Shown: positions 36,757 to 45,370 of the stretch, piece by piece
Layout: each line of letters starts with the position of its first letter
Numbering within the stretch: position 1 is the stretch's first letter
Source: Bacillota bacterium
Lineage (GTDB): Bacteria; Bacillota; Negativicutes; Sporomusales; Sporomusaceae
NCBI GenBank assembly: GCA_017889675.1
Contig: JAGGAA010000002.1
Location: 1 to 45,370 of the forward strand
Length of the DNA: 45,370 nucleotides
Reading direction: 5' to 3'
Notes under the pieces: model-generated
What the model was told of the DNA's origin: nothing
What the model saw: only the letters and a program-made list of their open reading frames with translations
The model's database searches: none
Position numbers and translations under genes: made by a program

Positions 36757-38268
36757 TTAGCCTTGTAACAATTGAAGAACTGATTGCGGCTGCTGATTGG
36801 CTTTGGCCAACATGGCAGTAGCAGCTTGTTGAAGAATATTATTCTTCTGGTAGGTGCTCATTTCAGAAGCCATATCTACATCGCGAATACGTGCTTCGGA
36901 AGCAGTTATGTTTTCATTGGAGGTATTCAGGTTGTCAATCGTATTGGTCAGTCGGTTTTGGTATGCGCCCAATTGTGAACGTTGTTGCGATACGGAATTG
37001 ATAGCTTTATCGATGGTAGTAATTGCTTCATTAGCACTAGCTTGACCACTTACATCAATACCTGCAGCAACATATGCATTGGTAGTAACATTACCGTTAA
37101 CTACAACAGCAGCCGAGGAATCAATTTCCTTAACATTAAATGACATAGTACCTGCTGAAAGCTTGTCATAATCAAATTCTAAGTTAACAGCTTCACCTGT
37201 TGCACCGTTACCAACCGTAACACCAGTATCGCCTTTGTGAACATCAACGGATGAACCAATATTTTGGTTTGCAACGCCATCGACAGTACCGGTCAATTGG
37301 AGAGTCTCATAAGATGTATACACGGAGAAACTATACTTATCGCCAACAGTATACTTACCACTATTATTGGCAACTGTAGCATTATCTAACTCGATTTTCA
37401 TACCGTCAATGGTAACACCAGTATCAAAGTCTCCAGAAACGGTAATCCAGCTTGCACCACCGTCTTTTGAATAGGAAACCGATTTTACCGTGCTTGTGGT
37501 TGCAGTATTATCAACACTTGCCACTTTCACTTGGTAATCAGTATCAATAGTACCGGTAAATTTGTCAGAGTTAGATAATACCAGTGTTTCAGCATTGTTA
37601 GCATCTTTTTGTTTAACGGTTGTTACTGCACTATCAATTGAAGCATTAACTTGAGTTACACTGACTTTGTAACCAGTAGCTGCAGAAAATCCTCTACCAA
37701 CACTTTCTAAGCTTAAAGCAGTAGTACCTACAGCAACACCAGTAGCTGCAGTAAGGGCAGATGCTACTCCCAGAGATGAAGCATCCATCGCACCAACCGA
37801 AACGGTTATATTTTGGTTGGCATTAGCACCAATGTGGAAAGTACTGCTCAGGCCACCAGCCAAAAGGTTTTGCGTATTAAACTCAGTGGTGTTGGAAATA
37901 CGGGAAATTTCCTTGGCTAACTGGTCAACTTCAGACTGGATTTTAGTGCGGTCATCAGCCGTGTTCGTGTCAGAAGCTGATTGTACAGCCAGTTCTCTCA
38001 TTCTTTGGAGAATGCTATGAGTTTGATCCAAGGCACCTTCAGCAGTTTGCAACATGGAGATGCCGTCTTGAGCGTTAGCAGAGGCTTGTTTTAAGCCGCT
38101 GATTTGACCTCTCATTTTTTCGGAGATAGCAAGACCTGCAGCATCATCGGCAGCGCCGTTGATGCGGAAACCAGTGGATAGATTTTTGATAGATTTGTTA
38201 GTAGCGTTTTCGTTTTTAGCGAGCGAATTCTGAGTGTTCAACGCAGATAGATTGTGATTGATAATCAT
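36757..38268 (-). CDS. fliC: flagellin
   Basis: MIINHNLSAL, LSTGFRINGAADDAAGLAISEKMR, QRMRELAVQ, RSQLGAYQNRL, RIRDVDMA, QSVLQLL. Confidence 0.98.
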   Translation of the reverse strand: MIINHNLSALNTQNSLAKNENATNKSIKNLSTGFRINGAADDAAGLAISEKMRGQISGLKQASANAQDGISMLQTAEGALDQTHSILQRMRELAVQSASDTNTADDRTKIQSEVDQLAKEISRISNTTEFNTQNLLAGGLSSTFHIGANANQNITVSVGAMDASSLGVASALTAATGVAVGTTALSLESVGRGFSAATGYKVSVTQVNASIDSAVTTVKQKDANNAETLVLSNSDKFTGTIDTDYQVKVASVDNTATTSTVKSVSYSKDGGASWITVSGDFDTGVTIDGMKIELDNATVANNSGKYTVGDKYSFSVYTSYETLQLTGTVDGVANQNIGSSVDVHKGDTGVTVGNGATGEAVNLEFDYDKLSAGTMSFNVKEIDSSAAVVVNGNVTTNAYVAAGIDVSGQASANEAITTIDKAINSVSQQRSQLGAYQNRLTNTIDNLNTSNENITASEARIRDVDMASEMSTYQKNNILQQAATAMLAKANQQPQSVLQLLQG

Positions 38269-38298
38269 TGTTATATTCCTCCCTGATTTTTAATATTC

Positions 38299-38312
38299 GG
38301 GCATCCTTGCCC
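38299..38312 (-). promoter_or_regulatory. CsrA-binding hairpin in the flagellin leader
   Basis: GGGCA-AGGA-TGCCC with GGA in the loop about 30 nt before the start, plus GGA in the RBS, as in B. subtilis hag; csrA and fliW are in the window. Confidence 0.75.
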
Positions 38313-38505
38313 AAATTTATTTGGTTTAGTACGCTGTGATTCACCCCGGCCGGTTGTGAATACAGAGTACTTTTTTACTTCACTAATAATATCGTACGGA
38401 GTTAAGAATATAATAATAGTTAATTTAATATTTTTTAAATATTTTTTTACGATAAATTATATTTATGGCGTTACTTATTGGTTCGAATTGAATACATGGA
38501 AAGAT

Positions 38506-38602
38506 AAAGCGAGATTGCCACGCTGCGCTCGCAATGACCGGGGAGGAGTTATCTCGTCCATAGTCGTTAGTCATTGCGAACGGGGTCGGGCAATCTCGCT
38601 TT
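38506..38602. repeat. REP-like inverted doublet
   Basis: AAAGCGAGATTGCC...TCGCAATGAC, spacer, GTCATTGCGA...GGCAATCTCGCTTT. Confidence 0.8.
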
Positions 38603-38614
38603 TGGGCTACTTGC

Positions 38615-38944
38615 TTATGTCTTATCGTTGATAAAGTTCCCAGCAACATTCAGTCGGCCTTCATACGCCTGGGACACGGTTTCCTGTTTTTTTAACCTGT
38701 TGAAAGCCATATGAAACTGGCCCATCAGCTTTTGATTCTCTTGCTGAACCTGCAACAGAAGGCTTTTCCCTTCAGGTGACGCATAATAATCGTCATCGGC
38801 TAGTTTTTCTAAAGTAACTTGCAAACTTTCTCGCTGTTCCAACAAAGACAAGAAAAGATCTAAATCCTGTTTGAATAGAAATTTTTTCATTTCCCGAGTT
38901 AGAAAAAGATAATCCTGCCATTTGGCATACAACTCGGTAACCAT
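38615..38944 (-). CDS. FliT-like helical flagellar protein
   Basis: 109 aa, directly after fliS; LLEQRESLQ resembles the FliT LLxxRxxL motif. Confidence 0.6.
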   Translation of the reverse strand: MVTELYAKWQDYLFLTREMKKFLFKQDLDLFLSLLEQRESLQVTLEKLADDDYYASPEGKSLLLQVQQENQKLMGQFHMAFNRLKKQETVSQAYEGRLNVAGNFINDKT

Positions 38945-38945
38945 A

Positions 38946-39338
38946 TCAATTACCGGCAGCTCTGGCTAAGCGCACTTGTTTCATGGCCTGTACCCAAGTG
39001 TCGCGGAACTCTGTTAGCATTTTTTTGGCCTGTTCAAGTTGTTCGGTGTCTTTTTTGATATTGCCTTCAACTAGGCAATGCAGGATGTATTCATCCAACA
39101 GCAACCAGTTTTTTGAAATTTCATAACTAGTATCTGTTGTGATCATAAACTCGCGGACTATATTTTGCGCGCGGATATTGGCATGATGTGCTTTTTCCAG
39201 ATTTTTTTGTTCAATCGCCTGAATGCTTTCATTGACGAAACGGATGGCGCCATTATATAGCATAAGTGTCAACTCTTCTGGTGATGCGGTCATAATTTGT
39301 TGTCGCTTGTAAGCATTAGCCGTATTGGCAGCATTCAT
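38946..39338 (-). CDS. fliS: flagellin chaperone FliS
   Basis: AYKRQQIMTASPEELTLMLYNGAIRF, EFRDTW. Confidence 0.95.
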   Translation of the reverse strand: MNAANTANAYKRQQIMTASPEELTLMLYNGAIRFVNESIQAIEQKNLEKAHHANIRAQNIVREFMITTDTSYEISKNWLLLDEYILHCLVEGNIKKDTEQLEQAKKMLTEFRDTWVQAMKQVRLARAAGN

Positions 39339-39396
39339 GACAATGCCTCCTTATATCTTGTGTCTTATCAGAATATCTGTAAATACTGAAGAATGT

Positions 39397-41235
39397 TTAG
39401 CTGCTGGTACCTAACATGGAGGACACATAGCTGCTTTGCTGGCTGAGTTTGCTCAGGGCCTCTTCCATCGCATTAAACTTCGTATAATATTGATTTTCGA
39501 GCTTAATCATTTTCTTATTCAGTGCCGTCAGTTGGGTCGTATAATCTTTGTATTGTTTACCCAGCACGCTGGTAATATCGGTTTTTGTGCTCGCCGTAAT
39601 ACCTGCTTGTTTGACAATACCGTCAGAAGCTGTTTGCAGTATAGTAGTTAGTTTTACGGCAATACCGTCATTGCTGGCCGTAGCGCTGTCTGTTCCAAAA
39701 ATTTTGTAGACAGCATCCGGGTCTTCTTGCAAAGCGGCTTTCAGTTTATTTTCATCAAGATATAGCTTACCATTTTCTGTATAGTCCACACCAGTGCTAA
39801 TCCCGAGGCTTGAAGCACTCGTATATTTGCCGGTCAAGCCGGAAACCTTGCTGGCAAAAGCACTTCGCATAGATTCGGCTAGCGTCTGCAATGTGGAATC
39901 ATTGTGCAGTAAACCGGTTTTGACTTTTTCTGTCCATATTTTTTCGTCATCGTCACTCATTGCCTCTTTTTGGTCATCGGTTAAAGGCATATAGTCGGTG
40001 TCCCGTTTTTCGGTGACTTTTGTATTTATGGAACTTAACATAGTGTTATAGTCTTCAATAAACTTTTTAACACTGCTGACAATTTTGTCAGTATCGTTTT
40101 GGATGCCAATGTTAGTAGTGCCGGTAGACTGAAGATTGTAGGTTACACCAGCAACTGTAAATTTGTTGGTGGATTGAGTCATAGTCACACCATCAAGTTT
40201 AATTTGGGCATCCTGCCCCTGTTGCTTAGTAAACTTTAAACGATTATTTAAAAAGCTGATACCTGCCGAATCACTTCCCATAAGATTCAAGGTAGTATCA
40301 CTATTGCCGGATTTCAGTGTAAATTTACCATCTTCAAAACTGGCTACAGCCGCTATAGTATTACCACTACTATCTTTTAGATTATTAATTTTATCAAGCA
40401 AATCCTGCACTGTTTCTGTGTCTGTATCTACAGTAATTGTAGCTGTATTGGTTCCATCTGAAACCGTCAAGCTGAGGCTACCCGACAAACCTTCAAAAAC
40501 AGTGCTCAAATTCTCAGTAGTATCGGTGACGCCTGTATCCTCGGCACTGGAAATTCCATTGCTGTCAACATTACTAAAAGCAGCTATTTTGAGATTGTTA
40601 CTCAAAAAGCGTAACCCACTAGTGCTACTATCGGTAAAATCAATACCGGTTTCCGAACCGGTGCTATTGGTATACAGATAAAACCGGTCTTGGGTAGCAT
40701 CATAGGTAGCAGTGACACCTGCCCCCGAGTTATTGATATTACTAACCAAATCATTAATACTTTGTGAAGAACTAACTGTAACTTCTTTGCCATTAATATT
40801 GATATCAAAGACACCGTTAATACCAAACTGACTGGCCAATGTGTCTTTACTTGTACCAGTAGTAATCTTTTCCGTACTGCTCTGTGTTACGCCACTGGCA
40901 AGCTGCGATACTTTGATGGTATGGTTAATATTGATTGCATCGCCGTTAGCCGTAACTGACGCTACTGAGCTGTTGCTGGAAGTTACGCTTTTGGCAGCCA
41001 GCGTGCTCTTCATTTGAAAATTGAATACTTTATCATTGCGAAAGCTATTAATACTGGTATACATCGTATTATAAGCTTCTTTTTTCCACTGTACTAACGT
41101 CTGTTTCTGGGTCATCTTGGTATAAGGCTGCCGCGCAACCGTCATCATTTTTTCTACCATGGAGTCTACGTCCATCCCTGACCCGCTCAATCCATATACA
41201 CGGTTAGAGCTACTCCCGCTTACACTACTTGTCAT
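39397..41235 (-). CDS. fliD: flagellar filament cap FliD
   Basis: GLSGSGMDVDSMV, GQDAQIKLDG, YMPLTDDQK, YYTKFNAMEEALSKL. Confidence 0.95.
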   Translation of the reverse strand: MTSSVSGSSSNRVYGLSGSGMDVDSMVEKMMTVARQPYTKMTQKQTLVQWKKEAYNTMYTSINSFRNDKVFNFQMKSTLAAKSVTSSNSSVASVTANGDAININHTIKVSQLASGVTQSSTEKITTGTSKDTLASQFGINGVFDININGKEVTVSSSQSINDLVSNINNSGAGVTATYDATQDRFYLYTNSTGSETGIDFTDSSTSGLRFLSNNLKIAAFSNVDSNGISSAEDTGVTDTTENLSTVFEGLSGSLSLTVSDGTNTATITVDTDTETVQDLLDKINNLKDSSGNTIAAVASFEDGKFTLKSGNSDTTLNLMGSDSAGISFLNNRLKFTKQQGQDAQIKLDGVTMTQSTNKFTVAGVTYNLQSTGTTNIGIQNDTDKIVSSVKKFIEDYNTMLSSINTKVTEKRDTDYMPLTDDQKEAMSDDDEKIWTEKVKTGLLHNDSTLQTLAESMRSAFASKVSGLTGKYTSASSLGISTGVDYTENGKLYLDENKLKAALQEDPDAVYKIFGTDSATASNDGIAVKLTTILQTASDGIVKQAGITASTKTDITSVLGKQYKDYTTQLTALNKKMIKLENQYYTKFNAMEEALSKLSQQSSYVSSMLGTSS

Positions 41236-41267
41236 CCATGACAACCCCCTTTTATTACACTACAAAA

Positions 41268-41657
41268 TTATATTTTTTGGTCAATCAGCGCACCGACAAG
41301 GTCGTGAATTTTTGCTACTACATCTAATATTTCTTTGGGAGGCGCTTCTTTAAGTACTTTTTGTGTTTTAATATCCACAATTTGCACTATCAGCCTGTCC
41401 GTTTTTTGGTGTAAAACGAATTTAAGATCGGTATCGAGATAGTGCATAAAGTCATTAAGGCCCTCAGTGACAGTCTCCATGCTCTCTTTGCTACACTTAT
41501 CTGTATCTTCCGTTTTTTCCGTTTTATAGGCTTCTTCGTTCACCGGGAAACTGCTACTGCTTTTTACTACCAAATCTTCCTGGGGCATACTATTCGGTCT
41601 AGCAGCTACTGAATTCCCGGTAGTAGCGTTGTTTGAACTGGCACTCCTAATTTCCAT
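41268..41657 (-). CDS. flaG: FlaG family protein
   Basis: LKFVLHQKTDRLIVQIVD..TQKVLKEAPPKEILD...GALIDQK. Confidence 0.92.
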   Translation of the reverse strand: MEIRSASSNNATTGNSVAARPNSMPQEDLVVKSSSSFPVNEEAYKTEKTEDTDKCSKESMETVTEGLNDFMHYLDTDLKFVLHQKTDRLIVQIVDIKTQKVLKEAPPKEILDVVAKIHDLVGALIDQKI

Positions 41658-41696
41658 AGATATCGCCTCCGTGCTTTCGATGTTTCCTTTATATGT

Positions 41697-41723
41697 ATAT
41701 CGGCATATAAAGGAAAAACTTAA
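41697..41723 (-). promoter_or_regulatory. sigma-28 (SigD/FliA) promoter of flaG-fliD-fliS
   Basis: TTAA-N15-GCCGATAT. Confidence 0.8.
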
Positions 41724-41956
41724 GGCTTCCTTGCCTTAATATCCTTTAATACGTCTAAAATTCCGTCTTGCGCTGGAGTGGCGGCTTGTTTATTTTCAGC
41801 TACAATGGCGTCATACAACTCACCACGGTAGATTTTGATTTCTTTAGGAGCTTCAATGGCTAGACGGATATTTTCTCCTTTGGTATCGACAATGGTAATG
41901 ATAATATTGTCATCAATCACAAGCCTTTCACCGACTTTACGGGTAAGTGCCAACAT
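41720..41956 (-). CDS. csrA: carbon storage regulator CsrA
   Basis: MLALTRKVGERLVID...IRLAIEAPKEIKIYRGELY; true start at 41956. Confidence 0.95.
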   Translation of the reverse strand: MLALTRKVGERLVIDDNIIITIVDTKGENIRLAIEAPKEIKIYRGELYDAIVAENKQAATPAQDGILDVLKDIKARKP

Positions 41957-41957
41957 G

Positions 41958-42416
41958 CTATTTACCCCCTTTGCCTGGCTGCTTGTCAAACCCATTGGGG
42001 AACAGGCGATGCCGGGTAGTGTAAGGGGTTTTTTCCAGTACCATTTGGATGGCAATTCGGCTTTGGGTATTGATAATAACCGGCGCTAGCAAATTGGCCG
42101 TCATTTCTTCCGAATTGGCAGGTACGCTGACAATACTGATAATGTGTGGCGGATTAGCATCAGTAAGCCCTAATTCGCTTACAAGCTGGTCATCAAGGGT
42201 AAACTTGTAGTCTTGGAAAAAAGCAAATGGATCTACCACAATAAAGGTTAAATTCGGTTCGGCCAAAGATTGTAAAAAGGCAAACGGATTATCTGGCGCC
42301 GATGGCAGGTAAGCGAATTCCCGTTCTTTAGGAAAACCTGGTAGTCCATGGGGAAAATGAATCTGGCTATCTTCGGGAACCTCTATTTCTCCAAATCGTA
42401 CGGAACGAATTAGCAT
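41958..42416 (-). CDS. fliW: flagellar assembly factor FliW
   Basis: RFGEIEV, FPHGLPGF, FLQS, VDPFAFF, TANLLAPVIIN. Confidence 0.95.
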   Translation of the reverse strand: MLIRSVRFGEIEVPEDSQIHFPHGLPGFPKEREFAYLPSAPDNPFAFLQSLAEPNLTFIVVDPFAFFQDYKFTLDDQLVSELGLTDANPPHIISIVSVPANSEEMTANLLAPVIINTQSRIAIQMVLEKTPYTTRHRLFPNGFDKQPGKGGK

Positions 42417-42441
42417 AATGCACTCCTCGCGTAATTTTCTG

Positions 42442-43002
42442 TTATATCTGGATATCTACATTACTATCGACATACCGATAGTTCACTTGTGGATATTGCA
42501 ACATGGTTAAATCAACGGTCCCGCGTTGCAGTTCCCCATCTACTGTACCCTGGTTAAGGCTAATGTTTAGCCGACCTGAAACAACTCTAACCTCAGCCGC
42601 ATGCGGCGTCACCTTGATAGTCGGTTCAGCAACACTGGCAATGTTAATCTCCAACGGGGTTGGGTCCATAGACGCCTTAGCCAATTGTGCCAACGGATTG
42701 CCTTTGTTTTCAATCTTGGATAGCATAACGCCTTCACTGGCAATTTTACCAATGGCTGCGTAGACTGTCTTCATACCTTTACGGGCATTGTCACGGTCAA
42801 AATCGACATTGTTTTTTATGCCACGGGAGTAATTGCTGGGATAATTGTCAATAGTAAGCTCAGCCGCCGGTTGATGAATCTCTAATTGGACCGGTTGGGA
42901 GGATATCTGCACTTCCGGGTCGTTGATCTTCAAGTACAACATTGGATCTGTGACGTTAAGCCTGGCTTTTACATCCTGTTGCGTTACTCTAACTTGAAAC
43001 AT
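42442..43002 (-). CDS. YviE/DUF6470-like protein
   Basis: Position between flgL and fliW; IHQPAAELTID, IASEGVMLSKIENKGNPLA. Confidence 0.7.
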   Translation of the reverse strand: MFQVRVTQQDVKARLNVTDPMLYLKINDPEVQISSQPVQLEIHQPAAELTIDNYPSNYSRGIKNNVDFDRDNARKGMKTVYAAIGKIASEGVMLSKIENKGNPLAQLAKASMDPTPLEINIASVAEPTIKVTPHAAEVRVVSGRLNISLNQGTVDGELQRGTVDLTMLQYPQVNYRYVDSNVDIQI

Positions 43003-43029
43003 CGGTTATCCCCCCCTTTTTTCGAACTA

Positions 43030-44952
43030 TTAGCTTAAGAAGTCTACCAGTGAAGTCGGCATAATTTTTCCACCTACAGCCAATGCGCTACGGTATATAT
43101 TTTGGGCTGTATTGAAATCAGTAATAGCCTTAGCCATATCAATATCTTCGGTATTAGCTATATCTGTCTGAATAACGGTGTTCTGATTTAGCAACATATT
43201 GTACGCCATTTCATACATGGACATCCGCGCCCCCAAATTGGTTTGAGATTTCAACTGCAGATTGTGGTCGTCACTAACATATTGAGTTGCCACGGAGGAT
43301 AGCCATTCTACATCAGGGCCGTTACCCTGCGGTAAGTCGAAAGAATAAGCGTCATTAACCATATTTTTCGAATTTGCTGCGATTGTCATGGTTAAGCCAC
43401 TTAAGCCGCTTATTGTTGTGTCACTTGGCAGTTTAATTTCCGTGGAAGTCCCTGTAGTTGTAATAAATGAATTAGACTTAGCTATAACCGTGTAAGTATC
43501 CGTAGTTTTATTGGCTGTATTTGTAGGGATATGTAACACCACACCTGTTGCCAACTGGATATTGGCAGTCGAAGAAGTTTTCCCCGTATCGGTATCTGTA
43601 GTAATGTCATAGGTAATGTTGATAGCCGGATCTCCGTTTATTTCGGTTATTTTTCCATTTTCATCTACTCCGGTAATAGCTACAGTATAGGGACCCGCAG
43701 TTAGATTTCCCGTCACTGTCGCCGCACTGCCAGATGAATTGGTCTGGGTTACATTATAATTACTCAAACTAGTCCAGGTGCTGCCGCCATCACTGGAATA
43801 GGACGCCGCCGTTACCTGTCCTGAACTGTCGATATCGTCAATTCGAACACTATTAGGAATGGATTCTGTATTAGTTGCTGTACCTGTTATTGTGGCAGCG
43901 CCACCGCTGGCATTACTCTGAGCAACATCGAAAGCGTCTTGCGGTACTCGGAAGGAATAGACATCAGCGTGGATAGTGCCGTTGGCATCTGCTGTTTCAC
44001 TTTTGTTATTTGTATTATCGGCAATACTAAAGGTTACACCATCCGCAAAGACTATCTTCGCGGGGTTATTTGCGATATTAATAGAAGGTATCGTAGTAGG
44101 ATTTGTCGCATTGTCGACCGGTATATCAGTCCATTCGCTACCATCTTTGGAATAAGCTACAGAGGTTACATGACCCGTAGCATCAGCATTTTTTATTTTT
44201 ATATCGTAATTGGCGTAACCCGCTCCCGTATATTTACCGCCAACTGTACCAGTACCACCAGCAGAGTTAGTCTGAGTCACGGTAGATGTTTTGCGTAATT
44301 CATTTTTGATTTCCAGTAAGTTATTAAGCACACTCAAGGTTTTCTGCCCATAAATAGTTTTTTCAGCACCAAACACATCAGTACCTGTCAAGTTGACACT
44401 ATCCTGAGTCGGATTAACCGCCCCTGCTTGTATTGGCATGGAAATACGGCTGTTGTCGCCATTATATATCACAACTTCTTTGGTTAAATCAGAATTTGGG
44501 TCTTTAATTGTCGTACGCACAAAAGGCTGCGTGGAATCATTTTGTCCGCCGAACAGATATCTATCGCCAATTTTTGTATTGCCCAGCGACACCACTTGGT
44601 TAATTAAACCATCGATTTGGGCACCAATGGTGTTTAAGGCATCGGTCGGTTTGGTATCGTCGGCACTAACTACCAACTCTTTTACCTTAATCATAACAGA
44701 ACTTAAATCAGACATAACTCCGTCGGTGTTTTCCATCCAGGACTGTGCATCCTGCAAATTCTGGGTATATTGTTCATTGAGTACTTGACTGGTTTTGTAG
44801 GTTAAATCCCGTACGGCCCTGACCGGATCATCGGACGGGCGATGCAGCGATTTGCCGTCTGATAGTTGTTCTTGAAGAGTATTCTGCGTTTCCATGGAAT
44901 CATTAAGACTACGCAGAAAGTTGTATCTCATCATATTACTAGAAATTCTCAA
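43030..44952 (-). CDS. flgL: hook-associated protein 3 FlgL with a large beta-rich insertion
   Basis: MRISSNMM, RPSDDPV, RYLFGG, EDIDMAKAI, IMPTSLVDFLS. Confidence 0.95.
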   Translation of the reverse strand: MRISSNMMRYNFLRSLNDSMETQNTLQEQLSDGKSLHRPSDDPVRAVRDLTYKTSQVLNEQYTQNLQDAQSWMENTDGVMSDLSSVMIKVKELVVSADDTKPTDALNTIGAQIDGLINQVVSLGNTKIGDRYLFGGQNDSTQPFVRTTIKDPNSDLTKEVVIYNGDNSRISMPIQAGAVNPTQDSVNLTGTDVFGAEKTIYGQKTLSVLNNLLEIKNELRKTSTVTQTNSAGGTGTVGGKYTGAGYANYDIKIKNADATGHVTSVAYSKDGSEWTDIPVDNATNPTTIPSINIANNPAKIVFADGVTFSIADNTNNKSETADANGTIHADVYSFRVPQDAFDVAQSNASGGAATITGTATNTESIPNSVRIDDIDSSGQVTAASYSSDGGSTWTSLSNYNVTQTNSSGSAATVTGNLTAGPYTVAITGVDENGKITEINGDPAINITYDITTDTDTGKTSSTANIQLATGVVLHIPTNTANKTTDTYTVIAKSNSFITTTGTSTEIKLPSDTTISGLSGLTMTIAANSKNMVNDAYSFDLPQGNGPDVEWLSSVATQYVSDDHNLQLKSQTNLGARMSMYEMAYNMLLNQNTVIQTDIANTEDIDMAKAITDFNTAQNIYRSALAVGGKIMPTSLVDFLS

Positions 44953-44967
44953 ATTAATTCACCTCGT

Positions 44968-45370
44968 TTATCGGCCCACTACGCCGGTGCTATTGATCAG
45001 TTTATCAAGCATTTCATCCATTGTCGTCAAGACTCTAGCGGCTGCGTTATAGCCTTTTTGAAATTAAAGGACGGCATTATCGCCGCTGGCTACATTACCT
45101 TTGGAAACGGTAAAGAAATATTGGTCTGTAGCTTTGTTACCAGTAGTACCCGTTTTATCAGCAATTTTCATAGTAAGGGTAACTCCGTTAACAGCAAAAG
45201 AAAATGTACCATCAGTAGAAACCACACCCGCAGGATTTTTGCATAAGACCGGAGTGGTTGACCATGTAGTTCCACCATCCGTAGAATACTTAATTTGTTT
45301 AATATGCCCTGTAGCAGTATCAATACTGGCTGTCGTACTGTCATAGGGCTGAACAATCACCGACGTAGCA
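44968..45370 (-). pseudogene. flgK: 3' end of hook-associated protein 1 FlgK with internal deletion and premature stop
   Basis: ...ASGDNAVL, TAA at 45064-45066, then in the same frame FQKGYNAAARVLTTMDEMLDKLINSTGVVGR*. The conserved segment ending SVSGVNxDEE is missing. Confidence 0.85.

Noticed and set aside
45064-45066. Stop-codon read-through or recoding in flgK
   Set aside because: The codon is TAA, and read-through would still lack the conserved SVSGVNxDEE segment.

Overview
Low-GC Firmicute DNA; the gene set and intergenic repeat style suggest Negativicutes such as Sporomusaceae (inference). Nearly all genes are on the minus strand. Reading from the right end: a late flagellar cluster (flgK with an internal deletion and stop, flgL, yviE-like, fliW, csrA, flaG, fliD, fliS, fliT-like, flagellin) leads into a ~29 kb flagellin-linked glycosylation island (7.6-36.6 kb). 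The island contains TPR/GT2/GT4 glycosyltransferases and rfbF; a ~9 kb apparently swapped-in tailoring cassette (FkbM methylase, CatB-type acetylase, two radical SAM enzymes, atypical SGNH protein, stand-alone adenylation domain, carrier protein, methylase, pyruvyltransferase-like protein); a transposase graveyard; an internally deleted group II intron; an ACP/FabH/SDR/acyltransferase/PIG-L acylation module; and a WbpE/D/A/B diacetamido-uronic acid pathway with wbpE broken. At the island edge are an MNT-HEPN toxin-antitoxin pair, a flagellin-like peptide and a probable Wadjet type II remnant. Left of that lie a heptad-repeat coiled-coil gene, an intact raiA-motif structured ncRNA with its own sigma-A promoter directly upstream of a zinc-ribbon gene, a polar amino acid ABC transporter, a cold-shock protein, hpf/raiA and the 5' part of an [FeFe] hydrogenase. 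All calls come from manual motif reading; no searches were run.
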